Notes: generated from the sequence alone by a model not told the origin. 64,000 bases of DNA from Candidatus Wolframiiraptor sinensis (GCA_023261815.1 JALNKA010000002.1:36340-100339), one strand, 5' to 3'. Positions 27,581-38,948 are shown, numbered from the stretch's first letter. Made by a program: numbers and translations.

Positions 27581-28771
27581 ATGAGGGGAAGAAATCTTCT
27601 TGTAATGTCCGCGGTTATCGTTGTGGCAATAGCCTTAGTAATCGCCTTCGGGCTGTCCGGAATCTTTCGAGGAGAGGCTGACCAAACGCCCGCAATTAGC
27701 ACGACACCTTCTCTAATCACCACGACAGCGCCGGCCGCGATCACTACGAGGGAGTTGCCATCCGGCACGATTAACGGCGCCGGAGCATCTTTCCTGAATC
27801 CGCAGATGCAGGCTTGGGCCATGAAATTCTATGAGCTCACTAATGGCAAGATACAGGTGAACTATCAGTCTATTGGAAGCGGAGCTGGTCAAGCGAAGTT
27901 CAGGGAGGGCATGCTGGACTTCGCGGGAAGCGATGTACCCCTGAAAAAGGGCATCTACAATGAGTTCAAGGAGAAGGGAGGCATAATCCAGTTCCCGGTG
28001 ATTATAGGGAGCGTCGCCATAGTTTATAACATCCCCGGCGCCGAATCCGGGCGGCTAAGGCTCACGGGCGAGATCTTGGCTAAAATCTATCTCGGCGAAA
28101 TCACATACTGGGATGATCCGGCGATCAAGGAGCTCAACCCCGACATAGCGCTACCGCACGAGAGGATAATAGCCGTGCACCGCTCAGATGGAAGCGGAAC
28201 CACCTTCGTCCTCACAGCCTATCTCTCAAAAGTCTCTGAGAAATGGAAGGAGAAAGTTGGAGCGGACTTCACAGTTCAATGGCCGGTGGATGAGATCGGT
28301 AGTGGGGTGGGCGCGAAGGGCAATGAGGGCGTGGCCGCCGCAGTCAAACAAAACCAGTACTCGATCGGATACGTGGAGGCAGCCTATGCGTATGAGCTGG
28401 GATTGAATGTGGCCGAGATAAGGAATAGCGATGGGCGATATGTTCTGCCCACCAGCGAGACGATGAAGGCGGCGGCCGGGGCTCTCATGGCGCGGCTGCC
28501 GAAGGCGGATGAAGACTGGTCGGGCATATTCCCGCATGAGGTGATGGATCCTCCGGGCCCGGACAGCTACCCGATAACATCATTCTCCTTCGTGATCCTC
28601 AGGCAGGTCTATGATGACCCAGTAAAGGTTGAGCTGCTCAGGGAGTTCTTCAAATGGGTGCTGACTGCCGGCCAGGAGAGCGAGAACATCGTGAAGGGAT
28701 ACATACCGCTACCGCCCGAGGTAGCTGAGATAGGCTTGAGAGGATTGGAGATGCTGAGGGCGGGAGGCTAG
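27581..28771 (+). CDS. pstS: Phosphate ABC transporter substrate-binding protein
   Basis: N-terminal TM anchor, GAGASF, YQSIGSGAG, DFAGSD, HRSDGSGTT, GNEGV, YPI. Confidence 0.95.
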   Translation: MRGRNLLVMSAVIVVAIALVIAFGLSGIFRGEADQTPAISTTPSLITTTAPAAITTRELPSGTINGAGASFLNPQMQAWAMKFYELTNGKIQVNYQSIGSGAGQAKFREGMLDFAGSDVPLKKGIYNEFKEKGGIIQFPVIIGSVAIVYNIPGAESGRLRLTGEILAKIYLGEITYWDDPAIKELNPDIALPHERIIAVHRSDGSGTTFVLTAYLSKVSEKWKEKVGADFTVQWPVDEIGSGVGAKGNEGVAAAVKQNQYSIGYVEAAYAYELGLNVAEIRNSDGRYVLPTSETMKAAAGALMARLPKADEDWSGIFPHEVMDPPGPDSYPITSFSFVILRQVYDDPVKVELLREFFKWVLTAGQESENIVKGYIPLPPEVAEIGLRGLEMLRAGG

Positions 28772-29671
28772 ATGAATACGGATAAAGCCTTCCGTCTCTC
28801 TCTATTTTTCTTCACGATATCATCATTCATAATAGTTGCAAGCATAGTGGTCTCGTTGATAGCCACTTCTTACCCCATATTCATGAGAGATGGGCTCAGC
28901 TTCATAATTAGAGGCGCCTGGAACCCTGTGAGAGAGGATTATGGAATACTTCCAGCCCTGCTCGGAACGCTCATAACCTCGGCCATAGCGATAGCAATAG
29001 CTCTACCGTTATCGATCTCGCTCGCCGTTTTCTCTTCCGAGCTTATTCCCGGCAAATTCAAGATAATAATGAATAACATATCCGACCTGATGGCGAGCTT
29101 GCCATCCGTCATCTACGGGCTGTGGGGCCTATTCGTCCTCGCCCCGATACTCCATCAATTCGTGATGATGCCGCTGCACACGCACCTGGGCTTCATACCT
29201 CTTTTTTCGACCAGGCCGGTTCCGACAAACCTCTTCACCGCGGGCGTCCTGCTGGCGATAATGATAGTGCCATTCGCCTCCAGCGTAATAAGGGAAGCCT
29301 ACTCCGCCATACCCTATTACCTGAAGGAGGCGGCGTATAGCCTCGGCATGAATCGGTGGGAGGTCATAAGGATGATGCTGGGCTACATAAAGTCGGCTAT
29401 ATTCGCGGGGACTTTTCTGGCGCTCGGCAGGGCCATGGGGGAGACCGTGGCGGTCGCGATGGTCGTGGGCAACATCATGAGATTTCCAAAAAGCCTATTC
29501 GACATGGGTTACACGATATCGAGCTTAATAGCGAGCCAGTTTCCGAACGCCGAGGTATACGAATTCATGGTTCCAGCGCTATACGGGGGAGCCTTCATGC
29601 TCTTCATTATGGGATTGGCGATAAATCTGATTGGATTCAGCATGATGAGAAGGATGGTGGTGCACAGATGA
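28772..29671 (+). CDS. pstC: Phosphate ABC transporter permease
   Basis: LPSVIYGLWG, EAAYSLG, GRAMGETVAV. Confidence 0.94.
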   Translation: MNTDKAFRLSLFFFTISSFIIVASIVVSLIATSYPIFMRDGLSFIIRGAWNPVREDYGILPALLGTLITSAIAIAIALPLSISLAVFSSELIPGKFKIIMNNISDLMASLPSVIYGLWGLFVLAPILHQFVMMPLHTHLGFIPLFSTRPVPTNLFTAGVLLAIMIVPFASSVIREAYSAIPYYLKEAAYSLGMNRWEVIRMMLGYIKSAIFAGTFLALGRAMGETVAVAMVVGNIMRFPKSLFDMGYTISSLIASQFPNAEVYEFMVPALYGGAFMLFIMGLAINLIGFSMMRRMVVHR

Positions 29672-30501
29672 GTTTCAGGAAGATAAAGGAGAGAATAATG
29701 CTCGGACTAATAGCGATCCTAGCGCTATTATCAGCGGTGCCAATATTCGCGATAATATTCAGCGTCTATTTTGAGGGGATGAAGCACGTTAGCTTAAGCT
29801 TTCTCATAGATTTGCCTCCGCCGCCGATCGGGGATAAGGCCGGCGGAATTGGGCCGGCTCTCGCCGGCTCCTTGATCCTAATAGCACTAGCCCTGGCCAT
29901 TGGTGGCACAATAGGCTTCTTTACGGGCCTATTCCTCTCAGAGTTCTCGCACACGAAGCTGGCCCAGCAAACTCAGATGATATTACAGATAATGGTGGAG
30001 TTCCCGACCATAATTGTAGGGCTCTTCGCCTACACGGTCCTCGTCCTCCCCCTAAAGAGGTTCAACGCGCTCGCCGGAGCATTCGCTCTAGCAATAGTGA
30101 TCATACCATACATAGCGCTGAACGTGAAGGAAGCCTACAAATCGATATCATTCACCCTGAAGGAAGCGGCATTCAGCCTGGGGTTATCGGCTCCCACGGC
30201 TTACCTGAGAGTGCTGCTGGGGGCGGCTAAAAGCGGCGTCCTAACAGCCCTCCTAATCGGGATGGCGAAGGCGGCGGGCGAGACCGCTCCCCTCCTCTTC
30301 ACAATACTCGGATCAACATTCACGTATTTTGCCGGCTTGGATCAGCCGATACACGCCATACCCCTGTTAATTTATAACTTCGCTCTCTCGCCGTATGAGC
30401 GATGGCACCAGGTGGCTTGGGGCGCCTCCGCAGTCCTCCTAACAATAATATTAACGATATTCCTGGTTTCTAGGATGATAATTAGGGGGGCTAGAACGTG
30501 A
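29668..30501 (+). CDS. pstA: Phosphate ABC transporter permease
   Basis: [27 protein letters not shown]; ATGA overlap with pstC. Confidence 0.93.
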   Translation: MSFRKIKERIMLGLIAILALLSAVPIFAIIFSVYFEGMKHVSLSFLIDLPPPPIGDKAGGIGPALAGSLILIALALAIGGTIGFFTGLFLSEFSHTKLAQQTQMILQIMVEFPTIIVGLFAYTVLVLPLKRFNALAGAFALAIVIIPYIALNVKEAYKSISFTLKEAAFSLGLSAPTAYLRVLLGAAKSGVLTALLIGMAKAAGETAPLLFTILGSTFTYFAGLDQPIHAIPLLIYNFALSPYERWHQVAWGASAVLLTIILTIFLVSRMIIRGART

Positions 30502-31259
30502 GCTGGGCCGTGGAGATATGCGACTTAAATGTCTGGTATGGCGGCAACCACGTGCTCAAGAACATCAACCTGAAAATCCCCAAGAACGTCATATTCGCGA
30601 TAATGGGGCCATCGGGCTGCGGCAAAAGCACGCTGCTGAGGGCCATGAATAGACTGCTGGAGCTCAATCCAACCGCGAAGGTCAGCGGACAAGTCATGGT
30701 TGACGGCATCAACATATACTCAGATAAGATCGATGTAACATGGGTTCGCAGGCAATTCGGAATGGTCTTCCAGATACCAAACCCATTCCCGCATCTCTCG
30801 ATATACGACAATGTCGCAATAGGGCCGAAGTTGAACGGCCTGACCAAGAGCAAGTCGGAGCTCGATCAACTGGTCAGATGGGCGCTGGAGAAAGCATACC
30901 TGTGGGATGAGGTGAAGGATGATTTGAGGAGGCCGGCTGCCGCTCTCAGCGGAGGCCAACAGCAGAGGCTCTGCATAGCCAGGGCCATAGCCCTGAAGCC
31001 TAGGATAATCTTGATGGATGAGCCGACCGCGAACCTAGACCCCGTGGCGGCGATGAAGATAGAGGAGCTCATGCTCGAACTGAAGGAGGACTACACGATA
31101 GTGATCGTGACGCATAATCCTCAGCAGGCGGCGAGGGTGAGCGATTACGTCGCATTCCTCTACTTGGGGGAGCTCGTGGAAGTCGGGGAGACATCGCAGG
31201 TTTTCACGAGACCGATTAATAAGCTGACTGAAAAATACGTCGTCGGGAGAATAGGGTGA
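30498..31259 (+). CDS. pstB: Phosphate ABC transporter ATPase
   Basis: [40 protein letters not shown]. Confidence 0.95.
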   Translation: MSWAVEICDLNVWYGGNHVLKNINLKIPKNVIFAIMGPSGCGKSTLLRAMNRLLELNPTAKVSGQVMVDGINIYSDKIDVTWVRRQFGMVFQIPNPFPHLSIYDNVAIGPKLNGLTKSKSELDQLVRWALEKAYLWDEVKDDLRRPAAALSGGQQQRLCIARAIALKPRIILMDEPTANLDPVAAMKIEELMLELKEDYTIVIVTHNPQQAARVSDYVAFLYLGELVEVGETSQVFTRPINKLTEKYVVGRIG

Positions 31260-31263
31260 GGTC

Positions 31264-31884
31264 ATGAGGGAGATTAGCAGACCATTAGATCAGGGCTTAA
31301 TGAAGCTGAGAAACATGATAAATGACATGAGAATCCTGGTCAGGAAAACTCTCGAGTCAGCATACTCAGATAAGGCGACGGCAAAGCGCGTCAGGGAGAT
31401 GTCAAACGAGCTCCTATTCCTAATGGATGAGGTGAGCGACTTCGCCGTCCAGCTTATGGCAAGATACCAACCAGTCGCGACAGACTTGAGGGAGATCAAG
31501 TCGGCGATCCAAGTAGCATACGACTTCTCCAGAATAGGGCGCTATGCCGCGAACATCTCGGAAACTTACTCGATGATGCCTGGCGAGGGATGCGATACCA
31601 GCATGCTTCAGGATATGTTCAGGATAGTTTTCGAGATGGTGGATGAAGCTGGGAGAGCATACGTGGAGAAGGATCTTGCTCTCGCCGAGAAGGTGAGGCG
31701 AAGGGATGATGAGGTGGATGGGCTGTACGCGGAATGCATCAAGCAGCTCATCCAAATGGGAGGAAAAATTGACATCAAATGCCTACTATCACTAGCGCTC
31801 ACACTGAGATACTTAGAGAGAATCGCCGACCACGCCGTCTACATAGCTGACTCAACGATTTACACAATCACAGGAAGAAAATAA
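31264..31884 (+). CDS. phoU: Phosphate transport regulator PhoU
   Basis: QPVATDLR, RIGRYAANI, DDEVD, LERIADHAVYIA. Confidence 0.92.
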   Translation: MREISRPLDQGLMKLRNMINDMRILVRKTLESAYSDKATAKRVREMSNELLFLMDEVSDFAVQLMARYQPVATDLREIKSAIQVAYDFSRIGRYAANISETYSMMPGEGCDTSMLQDMFRIVFEMVDEAGRAYVEKDLALAEKVRRRDDEVDGLYAECIKQLIQMGGKIDIKCLLSLALTLRYLERIADHAVYIADSTIYTITGRK

Positions 31885-32051
31885 AACTACTTCAGCCTCT
31901 TCTCGAGACTAGCGCGGGATTCATGGGCAGACTTGGATGCATTGGATAAGGCTGGCTAAGAGCTGTGATAGCGCATAGACGTAGCTTGACCAAGTAACCG
32001 GCAACCCCGAGTAAATTCAAAATAGGAGCTTAGGATAATCATTTCATAGAA

Positions 32052-32165
32052 GCCGGGGTCCCATAGCCTGGTAGTGGGTCGGCCTGGAGATTTGCGCAGA
32101 CATCGGGCCCGGATAGCCGATGCCCCCTCCGGGGCGCGTGGGTTCAAATCCCACCCCCGGCGCCA
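32052..32165 (+). tRNA. tRNA-Ser(GGA) with a 25-nt intron at 37/38 (32090-32114) and encoded CCA
   Basis: Acceptor GCCGGGG/CCCCGGC+G+CCA; anticodon stem TCGGC/GCCGA; loop CT-GGA-G|A; long variable arm; T arm GTGGG-TTCAAAT-CCCAC. Confidence 0.93.
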
Positions 32166-32260
32166 GTTTCCTCAAACCATCCCAGCAGATCCACTTCACC
32201 CGCGGATATGGATCCCAAGTTGAGAAAAAGAGAAGGGGTTATGCGGTGTTATGGGTATTG

Positions 32261-32875
32261 CTATTCGAGCAACCTCTTGAGCCGCTTATCGACTTCATCC
32301 CAGTTGACGATGTTCCAGAATGCTTCCACGAAGTCCGCTCTCCTGTTCTTGTAGTCTATGTAGTAGGCGTGCTCGAAGACGTCTAAGACCATTATTATCG
32401 GGAATGCCGGGTAGATGTTGAGATTGTGCTTTTCTATCTGCATTATCAGCGGCCTGCCCAGAAGCCCGCAGAACGCCAGCGCCGCCCAGCCAGATCCCTC
32501 CACGCTGACCGCTGCCTGCGTGAACTCTTTTCTGAACCTCTCGAAGCTCCCGAACTCCTTCTCTATGACATCGGCCAGCCTCCCACCGGGCTTGCCGCCG
32601 CCCCTACCAGGCGGCGCGAGATTCCCCCAGAACAGCGAGTGGAGGACATGCCCGCCGATATTGAAGGAGAGCTCCTTCAAGGCGGCTTTAACATCGATAT
32701 CCAAGTTCCCCTTGCGCGCCTCCTCCAGCCTTCTCAATATAGCATTTGCGCCATTAACATAGGCTTGATGATGCACTGTATGATGTATTCGAAGCTGCTC
32801 CTCGGACATATACGGCGCGAGATCCCCATATGCATAGGGTAGCTGCGGCAGCGAGTAAAGCTTCTCAGACGACAT
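32261..32875 (-). CDS. sod: Fe/Mn superoxide dismutase
   Basis: [39 protein letters not shown]. Confidence 0.96.
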   Translation of the reverse strand: MSSEKLYSLPQLPYAYGDLAPYMSEEQLRIHHTVHHQAYVNGANAILRRLEEARKGNLDIDVKAALKELSFNIGGHVLHSLFWGNLAPPGRGGGKPGGRLADVIEKEFGSFERFRKEFTQAAVSVEGSGWAALAFCGLLGRPLIMQIEKHNLNIYPAFPIIMVLDVFEHAYYIDYKNRRADFVEAFWNIVNWDEVDKRLKRLLE

Positions 32876-32903
32876 AACCAACTCTCACATCACACAGTTA
32901 TCT

Positions 32904-32916
32904 TAAACAGTGTTAT
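32904..32916. promoter_or_regulatory. ATAAC-n3-GTTAT-like operator, sod promoter
   Basis: Sense strand ATAACACTGTTTA overlapping the TATATAA box. Confidence 0.5.
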
Positions 32917-33046
32917 ATACATTTCCCCCAAGAAGTGGGTGGAGTGATACGCAGTAAGGTTATCTTGATTTCAGGCCTTAAGATAAAGCGATGAAAGATC
33001 TTCGTCCTTAGGGTCTTTGAGGCTGAGTGCCGCCGCCTTCGCTGCG

Positions 33047-33496
33047 TCATTTATCCCTGCTTTCACGTCGTTTAATGAATTCTACGAGCTCGAGAACTCT
33101 TCTCTTTATCTCGTCCCTGATCTTCCTCGCCTCCTCGAGCGGCATGCCGGCTGGATCCGGGATATTCCATTCCAGCACCTTCTTGGCATATACCACGGGG
33201 CACTGCGATCCGCTGCACACTATCACCGCGAGATCGGCCTGCTCTTGGAGCTCCCTATCGAGGAGCCTTGGCTTCTTACCGCTGATGTCTATCCCCTCCT
33301 CGAGCATGAGCTTGACGGCATTTGGATGAACGCTCTCGGACGGCTTGATGCCGGCGCTAACAGCCGCCCAGCCCTCAGGAGCATAGGCATTAAAATACGC
33401 CTCAGCAATCTGGCTTCTGAAGCTATTCTCGACGCAAACGAAGAGAACTCGCCTCGATGCTTCCAAGAAGCACCACACATTACCTGCTGTCGACAA
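33047..33496 (-). CDS. arsC: Thioredoxin-coupled arsenate reductase (LMW-PTP family)
   Basis: VLFVCVENSFRSQIAEA (CX5R), SAG, VCSGSQCP, WNIPDP. Confidence 0.85.
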   Translation of the reverse strand: MSTAGNVWCFLEASRRVLFVCVENSFRSQIAEAYFNAYAPEGWAAVSAGIKPSESVHPNAVKLMLEEGIDISGKKPRLLDRELQEQADLAVIVCSGSQCPVVYAKKVLEWNIPDPAGMPLEEARKIRDEIKRRVLELVEFIKRRESRDK

Positions 33497-33545
33497 TTAT
33501 TTTAACGTTGGCCTTCAGGTGAAAAAGCACCTGAGCCGAAATTTT

Positions 33546-33558
33546 ATAAGCATGTTAT
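33546..33558. promoter_or_regulatory. ATAAC-n3-GTTAT-like operator, arsC/gapN divergent promoter
   Basis: ATAAGCATGTTAT overlapping TTTTATAA. Confidence 0.5.
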
Positions 33559-33577
33559 ACACCGGCTACTGCGAAGC

Positions 33578-35105
33578 ATGGCGGGCTCGCTCGAGTTGAA
33601 GGGATCGATCTTCTCCGGGATATATCGCCGAGCCGACGGGGTATATGAGTTCGCAGTTTTTGCGGGCGGAGAGTGGATTTAGAGGAATGAGTTACTTGAT
33701 GTGAGAAGTCCTATAGACCTGAGCGTCATAGGGCGGGTGCCTAGGCTCAGTTGGGAAGATGTCGATCGCGCGCTCGATGTTGTCTATGAATCTGGGAGAT
33801 GGAGGATTCGGGATACTCCCGGGTGGAGGAGATTGGAGATGCTTGAGAGGTTGGCTGGGCTCATGGAGGAGCATAAAGACGACTTGGTGGAATCTCTCAT
33901 GATCAATTCCGGGAAGACTCGATCCCAGGCCCTTGGGGAAGTTAATGCGAGCATAGATAGGCTCAGAAGAGCTGACCTTGATGCCAGGAAGATATATGGG
34001 GAGTATATGCCGGGCGATTGGGATCCCACGACGATCGAGACGGAGGCGGTGGTTAGGCGCGAACCCTTCGGAGTGGTGCTCGCGATAATTCCGTTCAACT
34101 ATCCACTGTTTGATGCGGTCTCGAAATTCGCTTATAGCATCGTCGCGGGAAATGCTGTCGTCATCAAGCCGCCCTCCGCCGACCCGATACCCGTACTGCT
34201 TTTCGCCAAGCTTGTCGAGGAGTCGGGTTTCCCGAGAGAGGCCTTCTCCGTTCTAACCATTCCCGGCAGAGAGTCCGATAGGTTGATAGCAGATCGGAGA
34301 ATTCAGGTCATAAGCTTCACTGGGAGCAGCATGACCGGAAAAAAGGTGATACAGACAGCCGGAATCAAGCAGTTCATAATGGAGCTAGGCGGAGGCGATC
34401 CCGCGATAGTCTTGCCTGATGCTGACCTAGATTTTGCTGCTGAGAGGATTGCAGCCGGGATCTACAGCTACGCGGGCCAAAGATGCGATGCAATAAAGCT
34501 AATCTTGGTTGCCGAGGAAATATACTCCGAGTTCAAGGATAAGCTCGTCTCAGAGTTCTCTAAGGTGGTTGTGGGGGATCCTCGCGATGAAAAGACCACC
34601 ATGGGACCGCTGATAAGCCCCGAATCAGTTGATGAGATGATGAAGAGCGTGGATGAGGCCGTGAAGGCAGGCGGCAGAGTATTATGTGGCGGGAAGAGGT
34701 TGGGCGAGACCTATGTCGAGCCCACACTCATCGAGATCCTAGATAAGAACGCGTTGAGGAGTCTCAAACTGTATAAGGAGGAGATCTTCGCGCCCATTGT
34801 TCTGATCACGAGCTTCAGCGACTTGGAGGAGGCGATCGAGCTGGCCAATGGAAGGTCCTACGGACTTGATGCGGCAATCTTCGGACACAACATAGATCAG
34901 GTAAGAAAGCTCGTTAGATTCTTGGAGTTCGGCGCGATCTACGTAAACGACATGCCGCGGCACGGCATGGGCTATTATCCATTCGGTGGCCGAAAAGAAT
35001 CCGGCATAAGGAGAGAGGGCGTCGGCTACTCCATCGAATACGTAACGGCTTATAAGACCATAGTTTATAACTTCAGAGAAAAAGGGGGTGTGGAGGTATC
35101 TGTAG
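33578..35105 (+). pseudogene. gapN: Non-phosphorylating glyceraldehyde-3-phosphate dehydrogenase, disrupted by an in-frame TAG (33680-33682) and a +1 frameshift in A5G5 (35079-35088)
   Basis: GEWI*RNELLDVRSPID, YMPGDW, PFNYP, FTGS, MELGG, GQRC, EEIFAP. Removing one base restores the GAPN-type end KGVWRYL*. Confidence 0.8.
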
Positions 35106-35117
35106 GCAACGGGCTGC

Positions 35118-35675
35118 TTAGAAGCCTGTGTATTTATCTCTCGGCGCGTTGCAGATGGGACACTTCTCCGGAGGCTCATCTCCAACGTATGTGTGCCCGC
35201 AGATCGAGCAGATCCAGACCTTTCCTTTCAGCGGCCAATCCTCCCCCTTATCAGCATAACCCTTGGCCTCCCTGTAAAGTTGGGCATGAATCTTTTCGGC
35301 TTCATAGGCCCACTGAAAGCTCTGCTCAGCCCCCTTAACACCTTGGAACCTCGCGATCTCAATGTAAACGGGGTACATCTCATTGATCTCATATTCCTCG
35401 CCCATGATGCCGAGCTCTAGGTTCTTTGAGGTATTTCCCGGGCCCGCCGGAGTCCCCGCAATCGCCTTGAAATCCTCCTTATACTCTCTTAGATTGTTGT
35501 AGTGATTTCTAGCGTGGACGAACTCAGCGTGAGCTACGGCCCTGAAAAGCCTCGCTATATTTGGAAACTTCTCCCTCTCGGCCACATCGGCGAAAACGAG
35601 ATACCTCATATGGGCCATAGACTCGCCGGCGAATGCGCTCAGCAAGGCATCCTTCGTCATGGGTCTAACAGGCAT
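35118..35675 (-). CDS. rbr: Rubrerythrin
   Basis: AFAGESMA, AEFVHA, GEEYE, AEKIH di-iron ligands; C-terminal CSICG...CPIC rubredoxin domain. Confidence 0.93.
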   Translation of the reverse strand: MPVRPMTKDALLSAFAGESMAHMRYLVFADVAEREKFPNIARLFRAVAHAEFVHARNHYNNLREYKEDFKAIAGTPAGPGNTSKNLELGIMGEEYEINEMYPVYIEIARFQGVKGAEQSFQWAYEAEKIHAQLYREAKGYADKGEDWPLKGKVWICSICGHTYVGDEPPEKCPICNAPRDKYTGF

Positions 35676-35696
35676 GGCTCACACGAGTACCAGTAT

Positions 35697-35709
35697 AAAA
35701 CGCTGTTAT
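35697..35709. promoter_or_regulatory. ATAAC-n3-GTTAT-like operator, rubrerythrin/OFOR divergent promoter
   Basis: Sense strand ATAACAGCGTTTT overlapping TTATATAA. Confidence 0.5.
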
Positions 35710-35775
35710 ATAAGCGTTGTTTTTAAGGGACTTCTTCAAAAACATTTTAAACACCTCTGAACCAATTACATTGGC

Positions 35776-36081
35776 ATGGCGGGCGAGAGTTCCAGGTGCT
35801 CAGAATGCCTGAGGTGTTCTCCTCACCCGATCTATCCATTTATAATGATCTGCCTAGAGGCTTGCCGCGTGGTCTCCGGCGTGGAGGAATGCTCGGTCTA
35901 TATCAAGAGAGATTTTGACGAATTGGCTAAGCTCCTTCTTGAGCGTGGCGTCCTTTATTGCGCCGACTGCCGGCAGCCGATTTACTCGCAGGATGAGCTG
36001 CCCCGGCATGCTGGGGATCGGGTGATAGCGGCATTTCCACCAGATGATGTTTCCTACGAGGAATCTCCGGCGGCGGATTAG
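35776..36081 (+). CDS. Small Cys-rich metal-binding hypothetical protein
   Basis: CSECLRC, CLEAC, CADC...H; first gene of the OFOR unit. Confidence 0.65.
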   Translation: MAGESSRCSECLRCSPHPIYPFIMICLEACRVVSGVEECSVYIKRDFDELAKLLLERGVLYCADCRQPIYSQDELPRHAGDRVIAAFPPDDVSYEESPAAD

Positions 36082-36091
36082 GCGTGAGAGA

Positions 36092-38002
36092 ATGAGGGAC
36101 GAAGCTTGCCTGATAATTGGAGGGCCTCAGGGAGCGGGGCTTGAGACAACGGCTCAGCTTCTAACAATCTCTCTAGCTAGGCTCAGGTATGGCGTGATAT
36201 CTGATAGAGAATATTTCTCGAATATAGTTGGAAGGCACAGCTACATCCACCTGAGGGCATCCTCAATCAGGCTTCCAAGATCCCTCACCTACCCAATTCA
36301 GCTGCTGGGGGCGATGGACGCTGAGACCATTTTCACGCACTTTCAGGATGTTGAGCGAGGTGGCGTGCTGGTTTACGATCTCTCAACCGAGAATAAGGCA
36401 TTCGATAGCATACCGAGCATGGAGAAGGAGCTCGTGGACAGGCTTAAGCGTCTATTCGGCGAGCTCGGAGTAGATGGATCAATCAAGAGTCTCGTGAGCT
36501 ACATGTCTCGCGAGAGAGGGATAATAGCCGCCGGCTTGAACTACGCGGATTTGATAGCGAGCTTCGCCAAGAGGATTGCTTTACCGGCGCAGCAGGCATC
36601 CAGATACGTGAGCGCGATCGTTTATGGCGCTATAGCAGCATTTCTCGGGCTGAACCAGAGTAGCATCGAGTACGCGATAGCAGCGAGGTTTCGTGGAAGA
36701 GATCAGATAATATCTATCAACAAGTTGATTGTCGGAGAAGTCTATCAGCTGATCAGGGAAAGGCATCAATCCCCGGTCACGCTAGCTCCATCCGCGCTAA
36801 ATCAAAGTGAGCTTATGGTTGTCTCGGGAAACGACGTGGTAGCGATGGGCAAGATTGTTGGCGGTGTGAGGTATCAGAGTTATTATCCGATAACGCCCGC
36901 GGCCGACGAGAGTTTCTTCATCGAGGCGAATGAGCGGATCGAGTTTGATGGATCGGATATAGCGTCCATAGTGGTCCTTCAGACCGAGGATGAGATCGCA
37001 GCGATAGCTTCAGCGATAGGTGCGGCCTTAACGGGCGCTAGGGCGGCCACCTGCACAAGCGGACCTGGATTCAGCCTCATGGTGGAAGCTCTCGGATGGG
37101 CTGGAATTAACGAGGTCCCGATCGTGGTAACCTATTATCAGCGGGGCGGCCCCAGCACGGGCCAGCCGACGAGGGGGAGCCAGGCCGATCTTCTATTCGC
37201 TCTCCACGCCTCGCATGGAGAGTTCCCGAGAATAGTGATCTCCTCGGGAGATCATTTGGAAGCTTTTTATGATGCGATCGAGGCCTTCAACCTCGCCGAG
37301 AAGTACCAGATGCCCGTGATACACTTGCTTGACAAGTTCCTGGCTAACACGATAACCACGATGCTGCCCCCAAACCTCGATAATGTTAGAATAGAACGGG
37401 GCAGAATTGTGACGATAAGCTCGGGAGCGCAGAAGAGGTTCGACTCGTTCGAGAAGTTGCCTCCGAGATTCGTTCTCGGATCCGGGGCAATCATCTGGCA
37501 TTCCGGAGATGAGCATGACGAGTGGGGGCACATAAACGAGGATCCGGAGAATAGAGAAAAGATGTATAGAAGAAGGATGGAGAAGCTGGCTCTCGCCGAC
37601 CGAGAGATCCCAGAGGAATCTAGGCTTTCATATTATGGGGAAGATGACGCGGATGTGCTGCTCGTCGGATGGGGGTCCGTGAAGGGAGCCGCGATAGATT
37701 CCATCGAGGAGCTTGGAAAGGAAGGGATTAAGGCGGCTTACATGCACCTCAGAATACTCTCACCATTCCCATCAAGGCTCTTCAAGAAAATAGTGGAGCG
37801 CTTTGATGCTGGCAAACTGATAGCGGTCGAGCACAACTACATGGCTCAACTAGCCATATTGATTAACATGAGAACGGGCGCAAAAATCGAGAAGAGTATA
37901 GTGAAGTATACCGGGAGACCAATATATCAAAATGAGCTGATCGAAGCAGTTAAGAGAATATTGCGCGGTGAGAGCAGGGTGGTGCTGTCTCATGGCCCCT
38001 GA
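36092..38002 (+). CDS. 2-oxoacid:ferredoxin oxidoreductase alpha subunit (gamma-alpha fusion)
   Basis: [42 protein letters not shown]. Start refined to ATG 36092. Confidence 0.93.
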   Translation: MRDEACLIIGGPQGAGLETTAQLLTISLARLRYGVISDREYFSNIVGRHSYIHLRASSIRLPRSLTYPIQLLGAMDAETIFTHFQDVERGGVLVYDLSTENKAFDSIPSMEKELVDRLKRLFGELGVDGSIKSLVSYMSRERGIIAAGLNYADLIASFAKRIALPAQQASRYVSAIVYGAIAAFLGLNQSSIEYAIAARFRGRDQIISINKLIVGEVYQLIRERHQSPVTLAPSALNQSELMVVSGNDVVAMGKIVGGVRYQSYYPITPAADESFFIEANERIEFDGSDIASIVVLQTEDEIAAIASAIGAALTGARAATCTSGPGFSLMVEALGWAGINEVPIVVTYYQRGGPSTGQPTRGSQADLLFALHASHGEFPRIVISSGDHLEAFYDAIEAFNLAEKYQMPVIHLLDKFLANTITTMLPPNLDNVRIERGRIVTISSGAQKRFDSFEKLPPRFVLGSGAIIWHSGDEHDEWGHINEDPENREKMYRRRMEKLALADREIPEESRLSYYGEDDADVLLVGWGSVKGAAIDSIEELGKEGIKAAYMHLRILSPFPSRLFKKIVERFDAGKLIAVEHNYMAQLAILINMRTGAKIEKSIVKYTGRPIYQNELIEAVKRILRGESRVVLSHGP

Positions 38003-38930
38003 CTTAGCCGATTACAAGACCGATGTTTGGGTTGACTGGTGTCCGGGATGCGGGAACTACGGGATATTGGCGGCGATGCACAAGGCCCTCGCCGAGCTAC
38101 AGCTCCCGCCAGAGAAGGCCGTGATCGTGAGCGGGATAGGGTGCTCGGGCAAGACGCCGCATTTCATCAAGGTAAATGGTGTTCACGCTATCCATGGGAG
38201 AGCAATACCCTATGCCATGGGAATTAAGTTGGCGAACCCAAGATTGACGGTAATAGTTAATGGAGGCGATGGAGATCTTCTTGGGATAGGCGCAGGCCAC
38301 TTCGTGGCCCTCGGAAGGAGAAATCTCGACGTGACGGTCATACTGCATGATAACAGGGTTTACGGCCTCACGAAGGGCCAAGCTGCACCGACGCTCGAGA
38401 GGGGCCTCATGCCTAAAGCTCTTCCAAGGCCAAACATACAGGACGCCGTGAATCCGATAGCGCTAGCCCTTTCCTCGGGCTTCACGTTCGTGGCCAGGGG
38501 ATATTCCCTCATGACCGAGCACCTCAAGGAGTTGATCAAGATGGCGGTGAGGCACAAAGGAGCCGCATTCATCGACGTGCTTCAGCCATGCATAACGTAC
38601 AACGACATCCATACTCCGGAGTACTATCGCGGAAGAATTTATCGGGTTGAGGAAAGTGGGTGGGACCCGGTTGTGAAGGATCCCGTGGAGAGGCGCGATA
38701 AGCTTCTGGAGGCTCTTAGGCGATCGATGGAGAACGGGGATAGAATACCGGTGGGCTTATTCTACCAAGATCCGACGCGCGATATCATGGAAGATAGAAT
38801 AGCCGGTAGGCTACCAAGTTACCTGGCGAACCCACCGGCGGCTCAGAAGATCGAGGATTATGGTAAACCCGTGATCACCGAGAAGATTTTCAGGAGAATA
38901 TTCGCGGCCTATTTCGTGAAGACGGAATAA
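37992..38930 (+). CDS. 2-oxoacid:ferredoxin oxidoreductase beta subunit
   Basis: WCPGCG, SGIGCS, HGR, GGDGD TPP motif, YGLTKGQ, LQPC. Confidence 0.93.
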   Translation: MAPDLADYKTDVWVDWCPGCGNYGILAAMHKALAELQLPPEKAVIVSGIGCSGKTPHFIKVNGVHAIHGRAIPYAMGIKLANPRLTVIVNGGDGDLLGIGAGHFVALGRRNLDVTVILHDNRVYGLTKGQAAPTLERGLMPKALPRPNIQDAVNPIALALSSGFTFVARGYSLMTEHLKELIKMAVRHKGAAFIDVLQPCITYNDIHTPEYYRGRIYRVEESGWDPVVKDPVERRDKLLEALRRSMENGDRIPVGLFYQDPTRDIMEDRIAGRLPSYLANPPAAQKIEDYGKPVITEKIFRRIFAAYFVKTE

Positions 38931-38948
38931 GCGGCTTCCACACGGCTT

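Noticed and set aside
33680-33682. Pyrrolysine or stop-codon reassignment at the gapN TAG
   Set aside because: TAG terminates many normal genes here, no pyl genes are visible, the position is non-catalytic, and the gene has a second lesion.
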